A stretch of 53,724 bases of DNA from a virus (taxonomy: Duplodnaviria > Caudoviricetes). Numbering within the stretch: the stretch's first letter is position 1; the number at the start of each line of letters is the position of its first letter. The stretch spans positions 1 to 53,724 of the IMG/VR virus record IMGVR_UViG_3300035008_000006; one strand, 5' to 3'. Below are positions 19,142 through 28,685 of the stretch, one piece after another. Under the pieces are notes generated by a model. The model was not told where the DNA came from, searched no databases, and saw only the letters and a list, made by a program, of their open reading frames with translations. The translations under genes were made by a program, and so were the position numbers.

Positions 19142-19728
19142 AATTTGCGCGGGAACATCCGATCGGAGTCGGTGTTCGCTGGCGGGGTTTCTCATCCGTC
19201 GCTGCCCGTCCTGCCCGGACTTCACAACTCCTTTGCCGGAGATGGCAGGGCGGGCTTTATCCGCTAAATCTGCCAACCGGATCGGGCACGGGGCGAACTG
19301 GAACCAAACAAGCTTGCTTTTTCGATTGGTGATAATCGACCGCAGCGTTGCTGTCACTCTGGGGCACTTCGCCCGCGAATGGAACAGGGCAGGCTTTACA
19401 TTAGCCTTGTCAGTTTCAACTTCCATTTTTGGATGCTGATCTCTACTGCGCCAGAAATCCAGAACGACTGGGATCGATCGCTAGAGTATCCTCCGACAAT
19501 GCTCGCAAGCCTGTCGCTGCCCGTCTCGGAGGGCGATTTCCTAAATGAACGTCAGCCAAGGCGATCTCAAATTTTGCGGCGGAACGTTGTTAGTATTTCG
19601 GCGTCAGCATAGTGGCGACGCCCACCGTCGCTGCTCGCTCCGAATGTCATGCGTCGCCCCCCCGGCACCCGTGGCAGTGCGGGGCGGGCTTTTCCGAGCA
19701 GGGGTCTTCTGAGGCCGAGACCTTTCGC

Positions 19729-19917
19729 ATGCCACAAAATTTCGAACCAACTCCGGACTGGCCGCCGCCGTGCCTGCGATGCGGAGCTCAGCTCGGACTC
19801 TTGCCGCAAACCGATAGGTCAGGCGCGTCGATCAAAGGATTTTGGTGCACACCCTGCGGTCTCAGATTTACTTGGAACAAAGATCTGCAGCGACTTGTGA
19901 GCGACCGAGAACATTAA
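19729..19917 (+). CDS. zinc-ribbon micro-protein, paralog of 4551..4733
   Basis: PDWPPPCLRC..SIKGFWCTPC..QRLVS. Confidence 0.75.
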   Translation: MPQNFEPTPDWPPPCLRCGAQLGLLPQTDRSGASIKGFWCTPCGLRFTWNKDLQRLVSDREH

Positions 19918-20083
19918 AAGTTCGCCTAGCACGGACGGTCAGCGCCGATAAATCGCGTCATACAGCGTCCCAGGCCGCTGAAGTCGAACCCGCCAAAAAA
20001 CTCATCGAAGTGGCTTGAGGTTCAATCCTCGCTCGAATTCGAAATGCGCCGCGGACGAGCGAAACGCCCGATCGTTATACAGC

Positions 20084-20351
20084 GTGTCACCAACCTCACG
20101 GTGTCACCAACCTCTGGCAAGGGTTGGTGACACGAAAACTGCTTTGAAAACAACGGTGTCACCAACGTCACCAATGTCACCAACGGTCCTGAGAGTCATA
20201 CGCGGAAATAGAGATGAAACCGGAATATATTTTTCCTATAGGAATGTTTTGCCGACCCGTTGGTGACACCAAGGTTGGTGACAACACGGCGCAAGGCACT
20301 GACAGGCCTAAGAAAAGTCGTGTCACCAACGGTCGCAAGGGTTGGTGACAC
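20084..20351. repeat. iteron array, putative phage replication origin
   Basis: Ten GTCACCAA cores (six forward, four reverse) around an AT-rich centre with palindrome TTCCTATAGGAA at 20233-20244. Confidence 0.8.
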
Positions 20352-20465
20352 ATCAGGCCCCCGCGAATTCGACAGCCGCATACCGAATTTCCTTGCATGC
20401 CGAATCCGGAAACCTAGAATCCTATCCGACCAAAGCCGAAGGCCCACGCTTCGTGAGCCTTCATC

Positions 20466-20999
20466 GTGAAACCCTCCACATCATCGCCGCCGCGGGCAAT
20501 CGATCCCGCCGCCAAGCTCCTTTGCAGTCACGGATCAGCCGTCCTTGCTCTAGACCTCGGCTCGTCCACCGGGTGGGCGCTTCGCGGCGCTGACGGGACC
20601 ATCACCAGCGGCGTACAGCACTTCAGGCCGAACCGCTTCGAAGGCGGCGGCATGGCCTTCCTGCGCTTCAATCATTGGCTGAGCGAACTCGCCGAGAGCT
20701 CCGGTCCGATCGGTGCAGTGTTCTTCGAAGAGGTCCGTGCTCATGCCGGCACACTGGCCGCCCACGTCTACGGCGGCTTCCTGGCCCACCTGGAAGCCTG
20801 GGCCGAATTCCGCGACGTTCCTTACCAGGGCGTGCCGGTCGGCACGATCAAGCGCTTCATTGCCGGCAAGGGCAACGCGGACAAGCGAGCAGTCATCGCC
20901 GCAGTGGAAGCGCGTGGCTTCAGGCCGGCCGATGACAACGAAGCCGACGCAATCGCGATCCTGTTGTGGTCGATCGAGAATTACGGTGGCGCATCATGA
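20466..20999 (+). CDS. RuvC-like Holliday junction resolvase
   Basis: VLALDLG, VFFEEV, GNADK, DDNEADAIAIL. Confidence 0.8.
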   Translation: MKPSTSSPPRAIDPAAKLLCSHGSAVLALDLGSSTGWALRGADGTITSGVQHFRPNRFEGGGMAFLRFNHWLSELAESSGPIGAVFFEEVRAHAGTLAAHVYGGFLAHLEAWAEFRDVPYQGVPVGTIKRFIAGKGNADKRAVIAAVEARGFRPADDNEADAIAILLWSIENYGGAS

Positions 21000-21316
21000 G
21001 CAGAACACCTCTTCCCGACAGGCGGCCGAACCTAACCATGGAGTTCGTATACGAGGCGAACACCTACTCCGTCACGCTTGGCTTCGACATCGCCAACGAT
21101 CGCATCGCCGAAGTCTTCACGCATGGCGCCAAGATCGGCTCCGCGATGGAACGCCTCCTCGACGATGCATGTGTTGCGCTCTCACTGCTCCTACAGCACG
21201 GCGTGTTGCCTGACGCCCTGGCCGCCAGTATGGGCCGCACTGGTGACGGTGAAACGCCCGCCTCTATCATCGGCGCGCTTGCTGACCTGATTGCCAGAGA
21301 ATCGAGGCAGCCATGA
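20996..21316 (+). CDS. stand-alone TSCPD-like domain protein (resembles class II RNR C-terminus)
   Basis: LPDRRP..EVF..SLLLQHGV..SII. Confidence 0.6.
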   Translation: MSRTPLPDRRPNLTMEFVYEANTYSVTLGFDIANDRIAEVFTHGAKIGSAMERLLDDACVALSLLLQHGVLPDALAASMGRTGDGETPASIIGALADLIARESRQP

Positions 21317-21855
21317 CGCCGAAACAGAAACGGAAAGCCCGCGGCTCAAAACCGAGCCCGCCCGCCGGCCAGCGGCGCACGACCCGAACGGTCACAGAGT
21401 TCGACCCCAACGGCATCGAGGTCACGCATCACCGGACCGTGGACACGCTAGGGCTTATGCTGCGCTCAGGCGCCATCACGCCGGCAATGCATGACGCGGC
21501 GCGCGACTTCCAGGCTGCTTTCACGATTGCTTGCTTCGATTCGATGCCACGATCCAATCTGATGCTCATGGCGAGGCCAGCTCCGGGCAGATATCGCCCG
21601 GCTGATTTTACCGACACGCAGATCGCCGCGCGCGAACGGGTGGCGAAAGCGCTCGACGCTCTCGGTGGACACGGTTCACCCGCCGGCTCATGTGTCTGGC
21701 ACGTCGTGGGCATGCAGACGTCGATCCGCGAGTGGGCACTTCGACGGGGGTGGAGTGGACGCCCCGTTCGGCAGGAAAGCGCGCAAGGGATTCTGCTCGC
21801 GGCCCTTGGTGTTCTGATGAAGCATTACGGCATTCGCGAAACAGACCCGCGGTGA
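21313..21855 (+). CDS. DUF6456-like protein, possible late regulator
   Basis: DTLGLMLRSGAIT..AARERVAKALDALG..ILLAALGVL; position before late genes. Confidence 0.65.
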   Translation: MTPKQKRKARGSKPSPPAGQRRTTRTVTEFDPNGIEVTHHRTVDTLGLMLRSGAITPAMHDAARDFQAAFTIACFDSMPRSNLMLMARPAPGRYRPADFTDTQIAARERVAKALDALGGHGSPAGSCVWHVVGMQTSIREWALRRGWSGRPVRQESAQGILLAALGVLMKHYGIRETDPR

Positions 21856-22002
21856 CGTTAAGAGCAAACAACGCGCTCGTCGTAATTCTTGAGTCGGATC
21901 AATCGCTTGCAGACAAAATGCAGCAAACGCTTGTTTTCGAATTGACGAGCGTCCGATGCAAGTCTAGCTATTTCACCACGGTCCACGAATGCGCCAACTC
22001 CG

Positions 22003-22563
22003 ATGGCGCCGCGGATCGAAAGCCCCATCACGATGAAACTGGTCATCAACGCCACGGACCAAGTCCTGGCGCGGTACGGCAATCAGCTGGCCGCGCTGGG
22101 TGACGGACAGGCGCGCACCGCCATGTCGCGGGCGCTGAATCACGAGGGCGACAAGGGCCGAACGCAGGTCAAGCGTGCGCTCGTCAAGCAGAGCGGGATC
22201 AAATACGGCGCGATTGATAAAGCCATGGCAACCGTCCGCTCTACGCCGGCAACCTTGACCTACCAGCTCAACGCCCGCGGAGAGGAAACCAACATCGCCT
22301 GGTTCGGTGGCAAGCAGCGCGGCAAAGGCGTATCGGCTGCGCCCTGGAACAAGCGGCGCATCTTCCGGCACGCGTTCATCGTGCCAAAGTTCGGTCGGGC
22401 GTTCGTCCGCACGTCGAAGAAACGCCTGCCGATCCGCTGGCTCTATGGGCCCAACCTCGGACGCGAACTGGTGAAAGACTACAGCACTGCCGCTTGGCAC
22501 AGCGGCGTCGGGAACATCATCGCACGCGTGGGCCACGAGATCGGACGCATGCTGCCTCGTTGA
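22003..22563 (+). CDS. lambda gpZ-like minor tail protein
   Basis: AMSRALN, HAFI, RLPIRWLYGP; basic protein. Confidence 0.6.
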   Translation: MAPRIESPITMKLVINATDQVLARYGNQLAALGDGQARTAMSRALNHEGDKGRTQVKRALVKQSGIKYGAIDKAMATVRSTPATLTYQLNARGEETNIAWFGGKQRGKGVSAAPWNKRRIFRHAFIVPKFGRAFVRTSKKRLPIRWLYGPNLGRELVKDYSTAAWHSGVGNIIARVGHEIGRMLPR

Positions 22564-22585
22564 CGCACGCTCGCAGCAATTCAAC

Positions 22586-22627
22586 GGGTCCTTCCTTCGG
22601 GGGCCTCACAAGCGGTGGCGCCGCCGC
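22586..22627 (+). other. candidate cos packaging site
   Basis: GGGTCCT identical to lambda cosQ, then near-palindrome GCGGTGGCGCCGCCGC at 22612-22627; gpA-type terminase downstream. Confidence 0.55.
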
Positions 22628-22704
22628 CCGGAAAACGCACGTTTTTCCAAATCAAAAAACCTCAGTTTGGTTTGGTTTGTCGGCTGAATAACCCAACGAT
22701 ATCA

Positions 22705-24135
22705 ATGCTCGATGCTCAAAAACCCTCAGCCGCCTGGCCGGCGGCGAAAATCGAATTCTGGCCTATCGAGCGGCTCACCGTAAACCCGCGCAATGCCCGC
22801 GTTCACGGTGCCGAGCAGATCGAGCAGATCCGGGCATCGCTCCGGGAATTCGGCTGGACCATGCCGGTGCTGGTGCGAGAAAGCGGCATGCTGATCGCCG
22901 GGCACGGCCGGTTTCAGGCGGCCAAGCTGGAAGGCATCGTCGAGGTTCCGACGATCGTTGCCCGCGGCTGGAGCGAGGCGCAATGCCAAGCCTACGCAAT
23001 CGCCGACAACCGACTGACGGAATCGAGTGAGTGGAGTGATGACCTGCTCCGGCTTGAGCTCGGTGATCTGCGCGATGCCGGTTTTGATCTGACGCTGACC
23101 GGCTTTGATCCGAATGAGCTCGACAAGCTATTGCTGGTAGATGCTGACGGAGATGGCGACCCCGACGAGGCCCCCGAACCGCCTGCCGATCCTATCAGCC
23201 GTTCTGGCGATCTGTGGGTATGCGGCGAGCATCGTGTGCTGTGCGGCGATGCAACCGTTCTGGCAGATGTCGAGAAGGTGCTGGACGGCGAACTCGCGGA
23301 TATGGCTTTCACCGATCCACCCTACAATGTGGACTACGCCAACACTCCAAAGGACAAGCAAAGCGGCAAGAATCGTCCGATCCTGAATGATAATCTGGGC
23401 GCGGATTTCGGCGCCCTTCTGTACGACGCCTGCGTTAATATCCTGACCGTCACCAAAGGCGCTGTCTATGTCTGTATGTCATCGTCTGAACTCGACCGGC
23501 TGCAGAAGGCGTTCCGCGAGGCCGGCGGCAAGTGGTCAACCTTCGTGATCTGGGCCAAGAACACCTTCACACTCGGCCGCTCAGACTATCAGCGTCAATA
23601 CGAACCTATCCTCTACGGCTGGAAGCAGGGAGCTGAGCACTATTGGTGCGGCGCCCGTGACCAGGGTGATGTGTGGTTCTTCGATAAGCCGGCGAAGAAT
23701 GATCTGCACCCGACAATGAAGCCGGTGGCGCTGGTGGAACGGGCGATCCGGAATTCGTCAAAGAGCCGGGACATCGTGCTCGATCCGTTCGGCGGCTCAG
23801 GGACCACGCTGATCGCGGCGGAACTGGCGGGACGGCGGGCGCGGGTGATCGAGCTCGACCCACGGTACGTCGATGTGATCGTGGAGCGATGGCAAACGGC
23901 AACCGGTGGGAGCGCAGCCCTACATCATACCGGTCAAACTTTCTCGACTTACTCTGCCAGACGGTCAGTTCCACCCGACAACGTCCGACCTGAACAAGGG
24001 CGTCAGGGCCAACTTGGCCGTGAGTCGATGTTCCCCGACAGTCATTCGTTAGCTTCGCTCAATAGCGCTGAAGATGAAACCCGTAAGGGTGCTACCAACC
24101 GCCATAGTCGAAGCTGGAACCCCGATAACAACTAA
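22705..24135 (+). CDS. ParB N-terminal domain plus N4/N6 DNA methyltransferase (beta class)
   Basis: NPRNARVH, IAGHGR, IADNRL; DPPY before HPTMKP and DPFGGSGTT. Confidence 0.9.
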   Translation: MLDAQKPSAAWPAAKIEFWPIERLTVNPRNARVHGAEQIEQIRASLREFGWTMPVLVRESGMLIAGHGRFQAAKLEGIVEVPTIVARGWSEAQCQAYAIADNRLTESSEWSDDLLRLELGDLRDAGFDLTLTGFDPNELDKLLLVDADGDGDPDEAPEPPADPISRSGDLWVCGEHRVLCGDATVLADVEKVLDGELADMAFTDPPYNVDYANTPKDKQSGKNRPILNDNLGADFGALLYDACVNILTVTKGAVYVCMSSSELDRLQKAFREAGGKWSTFVIWAKNTFTLGRSDYQRQYEPILYGWKQGAEHYWCGARDQGDVWFFDKPAKNDLHPTMKPVALVERAIRNSSKSRDIVLDPFGGSGTTLIAAELAGRRARVIELDPRYVDVIVERWQTATGGSAALHHTGQTFSTYSARRSVPPDNVRPEQGRQGQLGRESMFPDSHSLASLNSAEDETRKGATNRHSRSWNPDNN

Positions 24136-24288
24136 CATGGTCAGGCTCGGCGAGGGATTGCTTGTGATTAGGTTAAAAAGGCCTGGGTTCGCGGTGATCA
24201 GGGTCAGCGCGAGAAGGATACCAAGGCCTGCTCCAACCAAAGCATGACCGGCCAGTTCCCAAATCGGTATTGTTGGTGTGGGTGCCAT
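24049..24288 (-). CDS. small two-TM membrane protein, antisense insertion
   Basis: HALVGAGLGILLALTL..AVGSTLTGFIF. Confidence 0.6.
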   Translation of the reverse strand: MAPTPTIPIWELAGHALVGAGLGILLALTLITANPGLFNLITSNPSPSLTMLVVIGVPASTMAVGSTLTGFIFSAIERS

Positions 24289-24392
24289 GACGATGAACGC
24301 CGGGCGCCGTACATGTGTTCCTAAGCGCAGAAGACAAACTGCGATCACGAGATGATCGGCGATAAGGCTTACTATCCCCGAGGCCCAGGGTT

Positions 24393-24914
24393 ATGGCGCG
24401 AACGCCAACACATACCGACGCACGCGACGCCGCCGGCACCATTCCGATCGAGGTTGCTGCCAAGCTGTTGATGGTTACGCCGGAATGGGTCCGACGATTG
24501 ACCAAGGACGGTTGGATCACCAAAACCGACCGCGGCCGATACCGCGTGGTTGACGTGGTGCAGGGCTATATCCGGTTCGTGAAAGACGAGGGGCGCCGGT
24601 CGAGTAAGACTGCGTCCCATAACCGGTTGCAGGACATCCGCACCCGCAAGGAGGAACTGGCAGTCGCGCAGACCGAGCGTGAGCTCGTGCCTCTGGTGGA
24701 AGCCATGACATTGGTGGATGAGGTGGCGGGCGCCGTGGTTGCGCGAATCAACGCGATACCGGCGCGCTTGACCCGCAACATCGAGCAGCGGGAGCAGCTG
24801 CAGCGAGAAGTTGATGATGCGCTCACCGAAGTGGCCGACCGCATCGCAAAACTCCGTCGCTCTTATCAATCGGGCGACGAGGATCCTGCGCCCGAGGAGG
24901 AAGGTATCGACTGA
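24393..24914 (+). CDS. terminase small subunit (Nu1-like)
   Basis: N-terminal wHTH, coiled coil, ELVP..IPARL; overlaps terL. Confidence 0.8.
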   Translation: MARTPTHTDARDAAGTIPIEVAAKLLMVTPEWVRRLTKDGWITKTDRGRYRVVDVVQGYIRFVKDEGRRSSKTASHNRLQDIRTRKEELAVAQTERELVPLVEAMTLVDEVAGAVVARINAIPARLTRNIEQREQLQREVDDALTEVADRIAKLRRSYQSGDEDPAPEEEGID

Positions 24915-26850
24915 CGTTTGGGCGCGAGAGAACCGGGTCTACCCGCTCTCGTCGGGGCGGCCGGGACCGAAGGATCCGGCACTTACCCCTTACATGATCC
25001 CGTTCATGCGGGCCTTTGAGGACGCGCGCTACAACACTGTGGTGTTCGTCTGCGGCGGCCAGATGGGCAAGACCGATAGCGTGATCGACGTGATTCTGTC
25101 GCGGCTCGATCAGCGCCCGGTGCCTATCATCTACGCAGGGCCGGACCGCAATTTTGTGACCGACCAGTTCGAGCCGCGGTTCGACGATGCGCTCAACCGA
25201 TCGCCAAGCCTGTCCATCAAGCTGGCGCGCGGCAAGAAGAACAAGAAGACCCGCAAGATCGTCTCCGGCGTGCCGGTGCGTTTGGCGTGGGCAGGCTCCG
25301 CGAACCAGCTCAAGTCGGATCCGGCGGGCCTTGCCATCGTCGACGAACGCGACGGCATGGCCAAAAACATCAAGGGCGAAGGCGACCCTGTGCGCCTCCT
25401 CGAGGTCCGCGGTGATACCCATGCCGACTTTACGCTCGGGGTGACGTCCACGCCGACCGAGGGAACGGTCGAGATCGAGAAGGACGCGGCAACGGATCTC
25501 AAATTCTGGAAGGTGGTCGACCAGGATGACATCGAGACTCTCGACAGCCCGATCTGGAAGCTCTGGCAGCGCGGCACCCGTTATCACTGGGCTTGGCCCT
25601 GTCCGCATTGCGAGGATTACTTCATCCCGCGGTTCGACTGCCTCGTCATCCCGAAGATCGATATCACGCCAAAGGGCGGCAAAGAGCGCATCGAACGTGA
25701 CGCGACGGCGATCGAGGCGCGAAGGCTCGCTTTTCTGCAATGTCCCAATTGCGGCGGCATCATCGAAGAGAAGCACAAGTTCGAGATGAACGCCCACGGC
25801 GTCTATGTGGCGCCAGGGCAGCGGATCCGATCGAACGGCGAGGTGGCCGGCGATCCGCCGGACGGCACGACCCTGAGCTTCTGGGTCTCAGGACTGGCGT
25901 CGCCTTTCGTGTCGTTCGGCGAGCGCGCCGGGCGATATGTCGAGGCGCTGAATTCGGGCGACCAGGAAGAAGTCCAGACCGTCATCAATGGCGGCTTTGG
26001 CGAATTATGGGCCCCCGCCGGCGGGGATGCGCCCGAATGGGCGGATGTCGCCCGCCTCAAGCTGCCGTATCGCTCGGGCGAGATTCCGGACGGCGTCTTG
26101 CTCCTGACCGCTGGCATCGACGTCCAGAAGAACCGACTGGTCTATGTGATCCGTGGATTTGGCACCCGCCAGGAAAGCTGGCTCGTCGAGCAAAACGAGA
26201 TCTGGGGGGCGACCGAACAGGGCGATGTGTGGACCGATCTTGCCGAACTCCTGGCGAGGCCGATCGGTGGCATTGTGATCCGCCGTGCCTTCATCGATTC
26301 CGGCTTTCGCCCGGGCAAGAAGGATGAGGTCCCCGAGCATCGGGTCTATGAATTCTGCCGGCGGCACGCGCGGGTCGCTTACGCCGTTAAAGGCTTCGAG
26401 CATCGCGACCAGCCGCTGTCGGTCAAGCGCATCGACGTGACGCCGAGGGGTAAGGCCGCCAAATACGGTCTTGATCTCGTTCGTGTGGACAGCGACTTCT
26501 TCAAATCCTGGGTGCACGAACGGGTGCGCTGGCCGGACGATCAGCCCGGCGGCTGGCATCTGCCAAGTGACACCACGGAGGCCTATTGCCGGCAGATCGT
26601 GTCCGAGGGCCGGGTCAAGAAACCCTCGGGTGGCTACACGTGGTTGCAGCGCTCACGCGACAACCACTTTCTCGACTGCGAAGCGATGGCTTATGCGGCG
26701 GCTTACATGCTCGGCGTGCCGCGCATTGCCGACACCGCGCAGCCTCGAAAGGTCAAGTCACGGGCCAAGCCGACAGAACCGGATCAGACGGTTGCGCCGA
26801 AACCGGTATCGAGCGTCGCCGCGATGGCGCGGCTGAATATGGGACGCTGA
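24811..26850 (+). CDS. terminase large subunit (lambda gpA family)
   Basis: GQMGKT, IVDERD, STPT, CPHC/CPNC, AGIDVQ, FIDSG, NHFLDC; start uncertain. Confidence 0.92.
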   Translation: MMMRSPKWPTASQNSVALINRATRILRPRRKVSTDVWARENRVYPLSSGRPGPKDPALTPYMIPFMRAFEDARYNTVVFVCGGQMGKTDSVIDVILSRLDQRPVPIIYAGPDRNFVTDQFEPRFDDALNRSPSLSIKLARGKKNKKTRKIVSGVPVRLAWAGSANQLKSDPAGLAIVDERDGMAKNIKGEGDPVRLLEVRGDTHADFTLGVTSTPTEGTVEIEKDAATDLKFWKVVDQDDIETLDSPIWKLWQRGTRYHWAWPCPHCEDYFIPRFDCLVIPKIDITPKGGKERIERDATAIEARRLAFLQCPNCGGIIEEKHKFEMNAHGVYVAPGQRIRSNGEVAGDPPDGTTLSFWVSGLASPFVSFGERAGRYVEALNSGDQEEVQTVINGGFGELWAPAGGDAPEWADVARLKLPYRSGEIPDGVLLLTAGIDVQKNRLVYVIRGFGTRQESWLVEQNEIWGATEQGDVWTDLAELLARPIGGIVIRRAFIDSGFRPGKKDEVPEHRVYEFCRRHARVAYAVKGFEHRDQPLSVKRIDVTPRGKAAKYGLDLVRVDSDFFKSWVHERVRWPDDQPGGWHLPSDTTEAYCRQIVSEGRVKKPSGGYTWLQRSRDNHFLDCEAMAYAAAYMLGVPRIADTAQPRKVKSRAKPTEPDQTVAPKPVSSVAAMARLNMGR

Positions 26851-26853
26851 GCG

Positions 26854-27078
26854 ATGGCGAGTGCCGCTGAAGTTGCGACATGGCGCGCACAGCTAGCGGA
26901 GGCCGAGGCCGCCCTGCATGCGATCACCGTCAATGGCAGCGTGACGCGGCTGCGCCATGGCGACAAGAACATGGAATGGAACGCGCAAAACATAGATCAA
27001 CTGCGCGCCTACATTGCTGAGCTGCGGGGCAAGCTGGGACTGAACGGTCGCGGCTTTGCGCGCCGGGTGAGTTTCTGA
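26854..27078 (+). CDS. gpW-like head-tail joining protein
   Basis: LAEAEAALH..LRAYIAEL; between terL and portal. Confidence 0.85.
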   Translation: MASAAEVATWRAQLAEAEAALHAITVNGSVTRLRHGDKNMEWNAQNIDQLRAYIAELRGKLGLNGRGFARRVSF

Positions 27079-28685
27079 TGGCAAGTTTGCTCGGGCCCGA
27101 CGGCTTTCCGATGAAGGTCCCGGCCGCGCCGCGTTCCATGGCCCGCGTGCTGGCGGCCGGCTATGCCGGCGCCTCGGTCACCGACCCCGATCTTGCTCAG
27201 TGGCGCCCTCCCCTGTGGTCGGCGCAGAACGCGCTGTCGCCGGATCGTCCGGTGCTGGCGGCGCGGATCCATGATCTCGCCCGCAATGACGGCTGGGCCT
27301 CGGGCGGTGTCACCCGGCAAGTCGACGCCGTGATCGGCGCCGGCTGGCGGTTGTCGTCGAAGCCCAATGCCCGCTCGCTGAAGATCGATCCGGACGTGGC
27401 GTCGGATCTGGCCTCCGACATCGAGGCTGCCTGGAAAGATTTTGCCGAGGACCCCGATTGCTGGTGCGACGCCGGCCGGCGCATGACCATGGGCGGGCTT
27501 CTGGCGCTGGCATTTCGGCATCGTCTGATGGATGGCGAGGCGCTCGCCGCCATTCTCTGGCTGCCGCGAGGCGGACGTTATGCAACTGCGGTTCAGGTCA
27601 TCGATCCGGACCGGCTGTCGAATCCCTATAACGCGGTCGATACCTATTGGCGCCGCCAGGGCATCGAGCTTGGCGAGCACGGGGAGCCGCTCGCCTATCA
27701 CATTCGTCGGTCGCATCCGGGCGATCAGAACGTATCCCATCCGATGCTCTGGAGTTGGGAGCGGATCCCGCGCGAAACCAGCTTCGGCCGCCGGGTGGTA
27801 GTTCACGCTTTTGAGCCGGGGCGAGCCGGCCAGTATCGCGGGGTCTCGGTGCTGGCGCCGATCGTCAAGCGGTTGCGGATGCTCGGACGGTATGACGAGG
27901 CCGAACTGCAGGCCGCTGTGCTTAACGCCGTGATGGCGGCTTTTGTTGAAAGCCCGTTCGATCATGACCAGTTCGCCTCTGCGCTCGGCGGAGGTGAGGA
28001 ACTTTCCGCCTATCAGCAGCAGCGCCTCGACTATTATCAGGCGGCCCCGATCAATGTCGGCGGCGCCAAGATCGCGTTCACGTTCCCAGGCGAAAAAGTG
28101 ACGCTGACCAAGCCGAACCATCCGAACAGCGTGTTCGAGGCCTTCGAGCGGGCGAGCCTGCGCAACATCGCCTCCGCCATGGGCATGACCTACGAGCAAC
28201 TGTCGATGGACTGGGGCCAGGTCAACTATTCTTCGGCGCGCGCGGCGCTGCTCGAGGTCTGGCGCGGATTTACCGCGCGCAAGGAACACTTCGCGCAAGC
28301 CTTCATGGCGCCGATCTATGCGGCCTGGCTCGAAGAGGCGATCGACCGCGGCATTATCACGCTGCCAAATGGGTCGCCTGAATTCGCGCAGGCCAAGGCC
28401 GCCTATTGCGCGGCGAAATGGATCGGTCCCGGCCGCGGCTGGGTCGATCCGCACAAGGAGGCGACGGCTGCGACCGAGCGCCTGGCCGCGGGTTTGTCGA
28501 CGCTTGAGCGGGAATGCGCCGAACAGGGCGAGGACTATCTCGAAACGCTGCAGCAGCGGGCGCGCGAGCGCAAGGAGATGCTGGCGCTCGGGCTCGACCC
28601 CGACGCGATGTTCGATCGCAAACCCACGCCATCCGATGACACTGAAGATCAATCGCCGGCCAAGCAGCAAAAGGCGCTGGCATGA
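27078..28685 (+). CDS. lambda-family portal protein
   Basis: HDLARND, GQYRGV, NYSSARAALLE, GRGWVDP. Confidence 0.95.
   Translation: MASLLGPDGFPMKVPAAPRSMARVLAAGYAGASVTDPDLAQWRPPLWSAQNALSPDRPVLAARIHDLARNDGWASGGVTRQVDAVIGAGWRLSSKPNARSLKIDPDVASDLASDIEAAWKDFAEDPDCWCDAGRRMTMGGLLALAFRHRLMDGEALAAILWLPRGGRYATAVQVIDPDRLSNPYNAVDTYWRRQGIELGEHGEPLAYHIRRSHPGDQNVSHPMLWSWERIPRETSFGRRVVVHAFEPGRAGQYRGVSVLAPIVKRLRMLGRYDEAELQAAVLNAVMAAFVESPFDHDQFASALGGGEELSAYQQQRLDYYQAAPINVGGAKIAFTFPGEKVTLTKPNHPNSVFEAFERASLRNIASAMGMTYEQLSMDWGQVNYSSARAALLEVWRGFTARKEHFAQAFMAPIYAAWLEEAIDRGIITLPNGSPEFAQAKAAYCAAKWIGPGRGWVDPHKEATAATERLAAGLSTLERECAEQGEDYLETLQQRARERKEMLALGLDPDAMFDRKPTPSDDTEDQSPAKQQKALA

Noticed and set aside
19055-19440. 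Overlapping ORFs on both strands inside the island
   Set aside because: No clear RBS or motif; coding frame cannot be chosen
19581-19605. EcfG-like promoter GGAAC-N16-CGTC; similar weak match at 59-83
   Set aside because: Mismatch in the -10 element; not distinguishable from chance
20084-20351. CRISPR array
   Set aside because: Repeats are 10 bp, in both orientations and irregularly spaced; no cas operon
27009-28670. Long antisense ORFs, including 27009..28670, 5671..6672, 16152..17138, 24823..25797 and 31992..32957
   Set aside because: Shadow frames of real genes in GC-rich DNA, with no recognisable motifs
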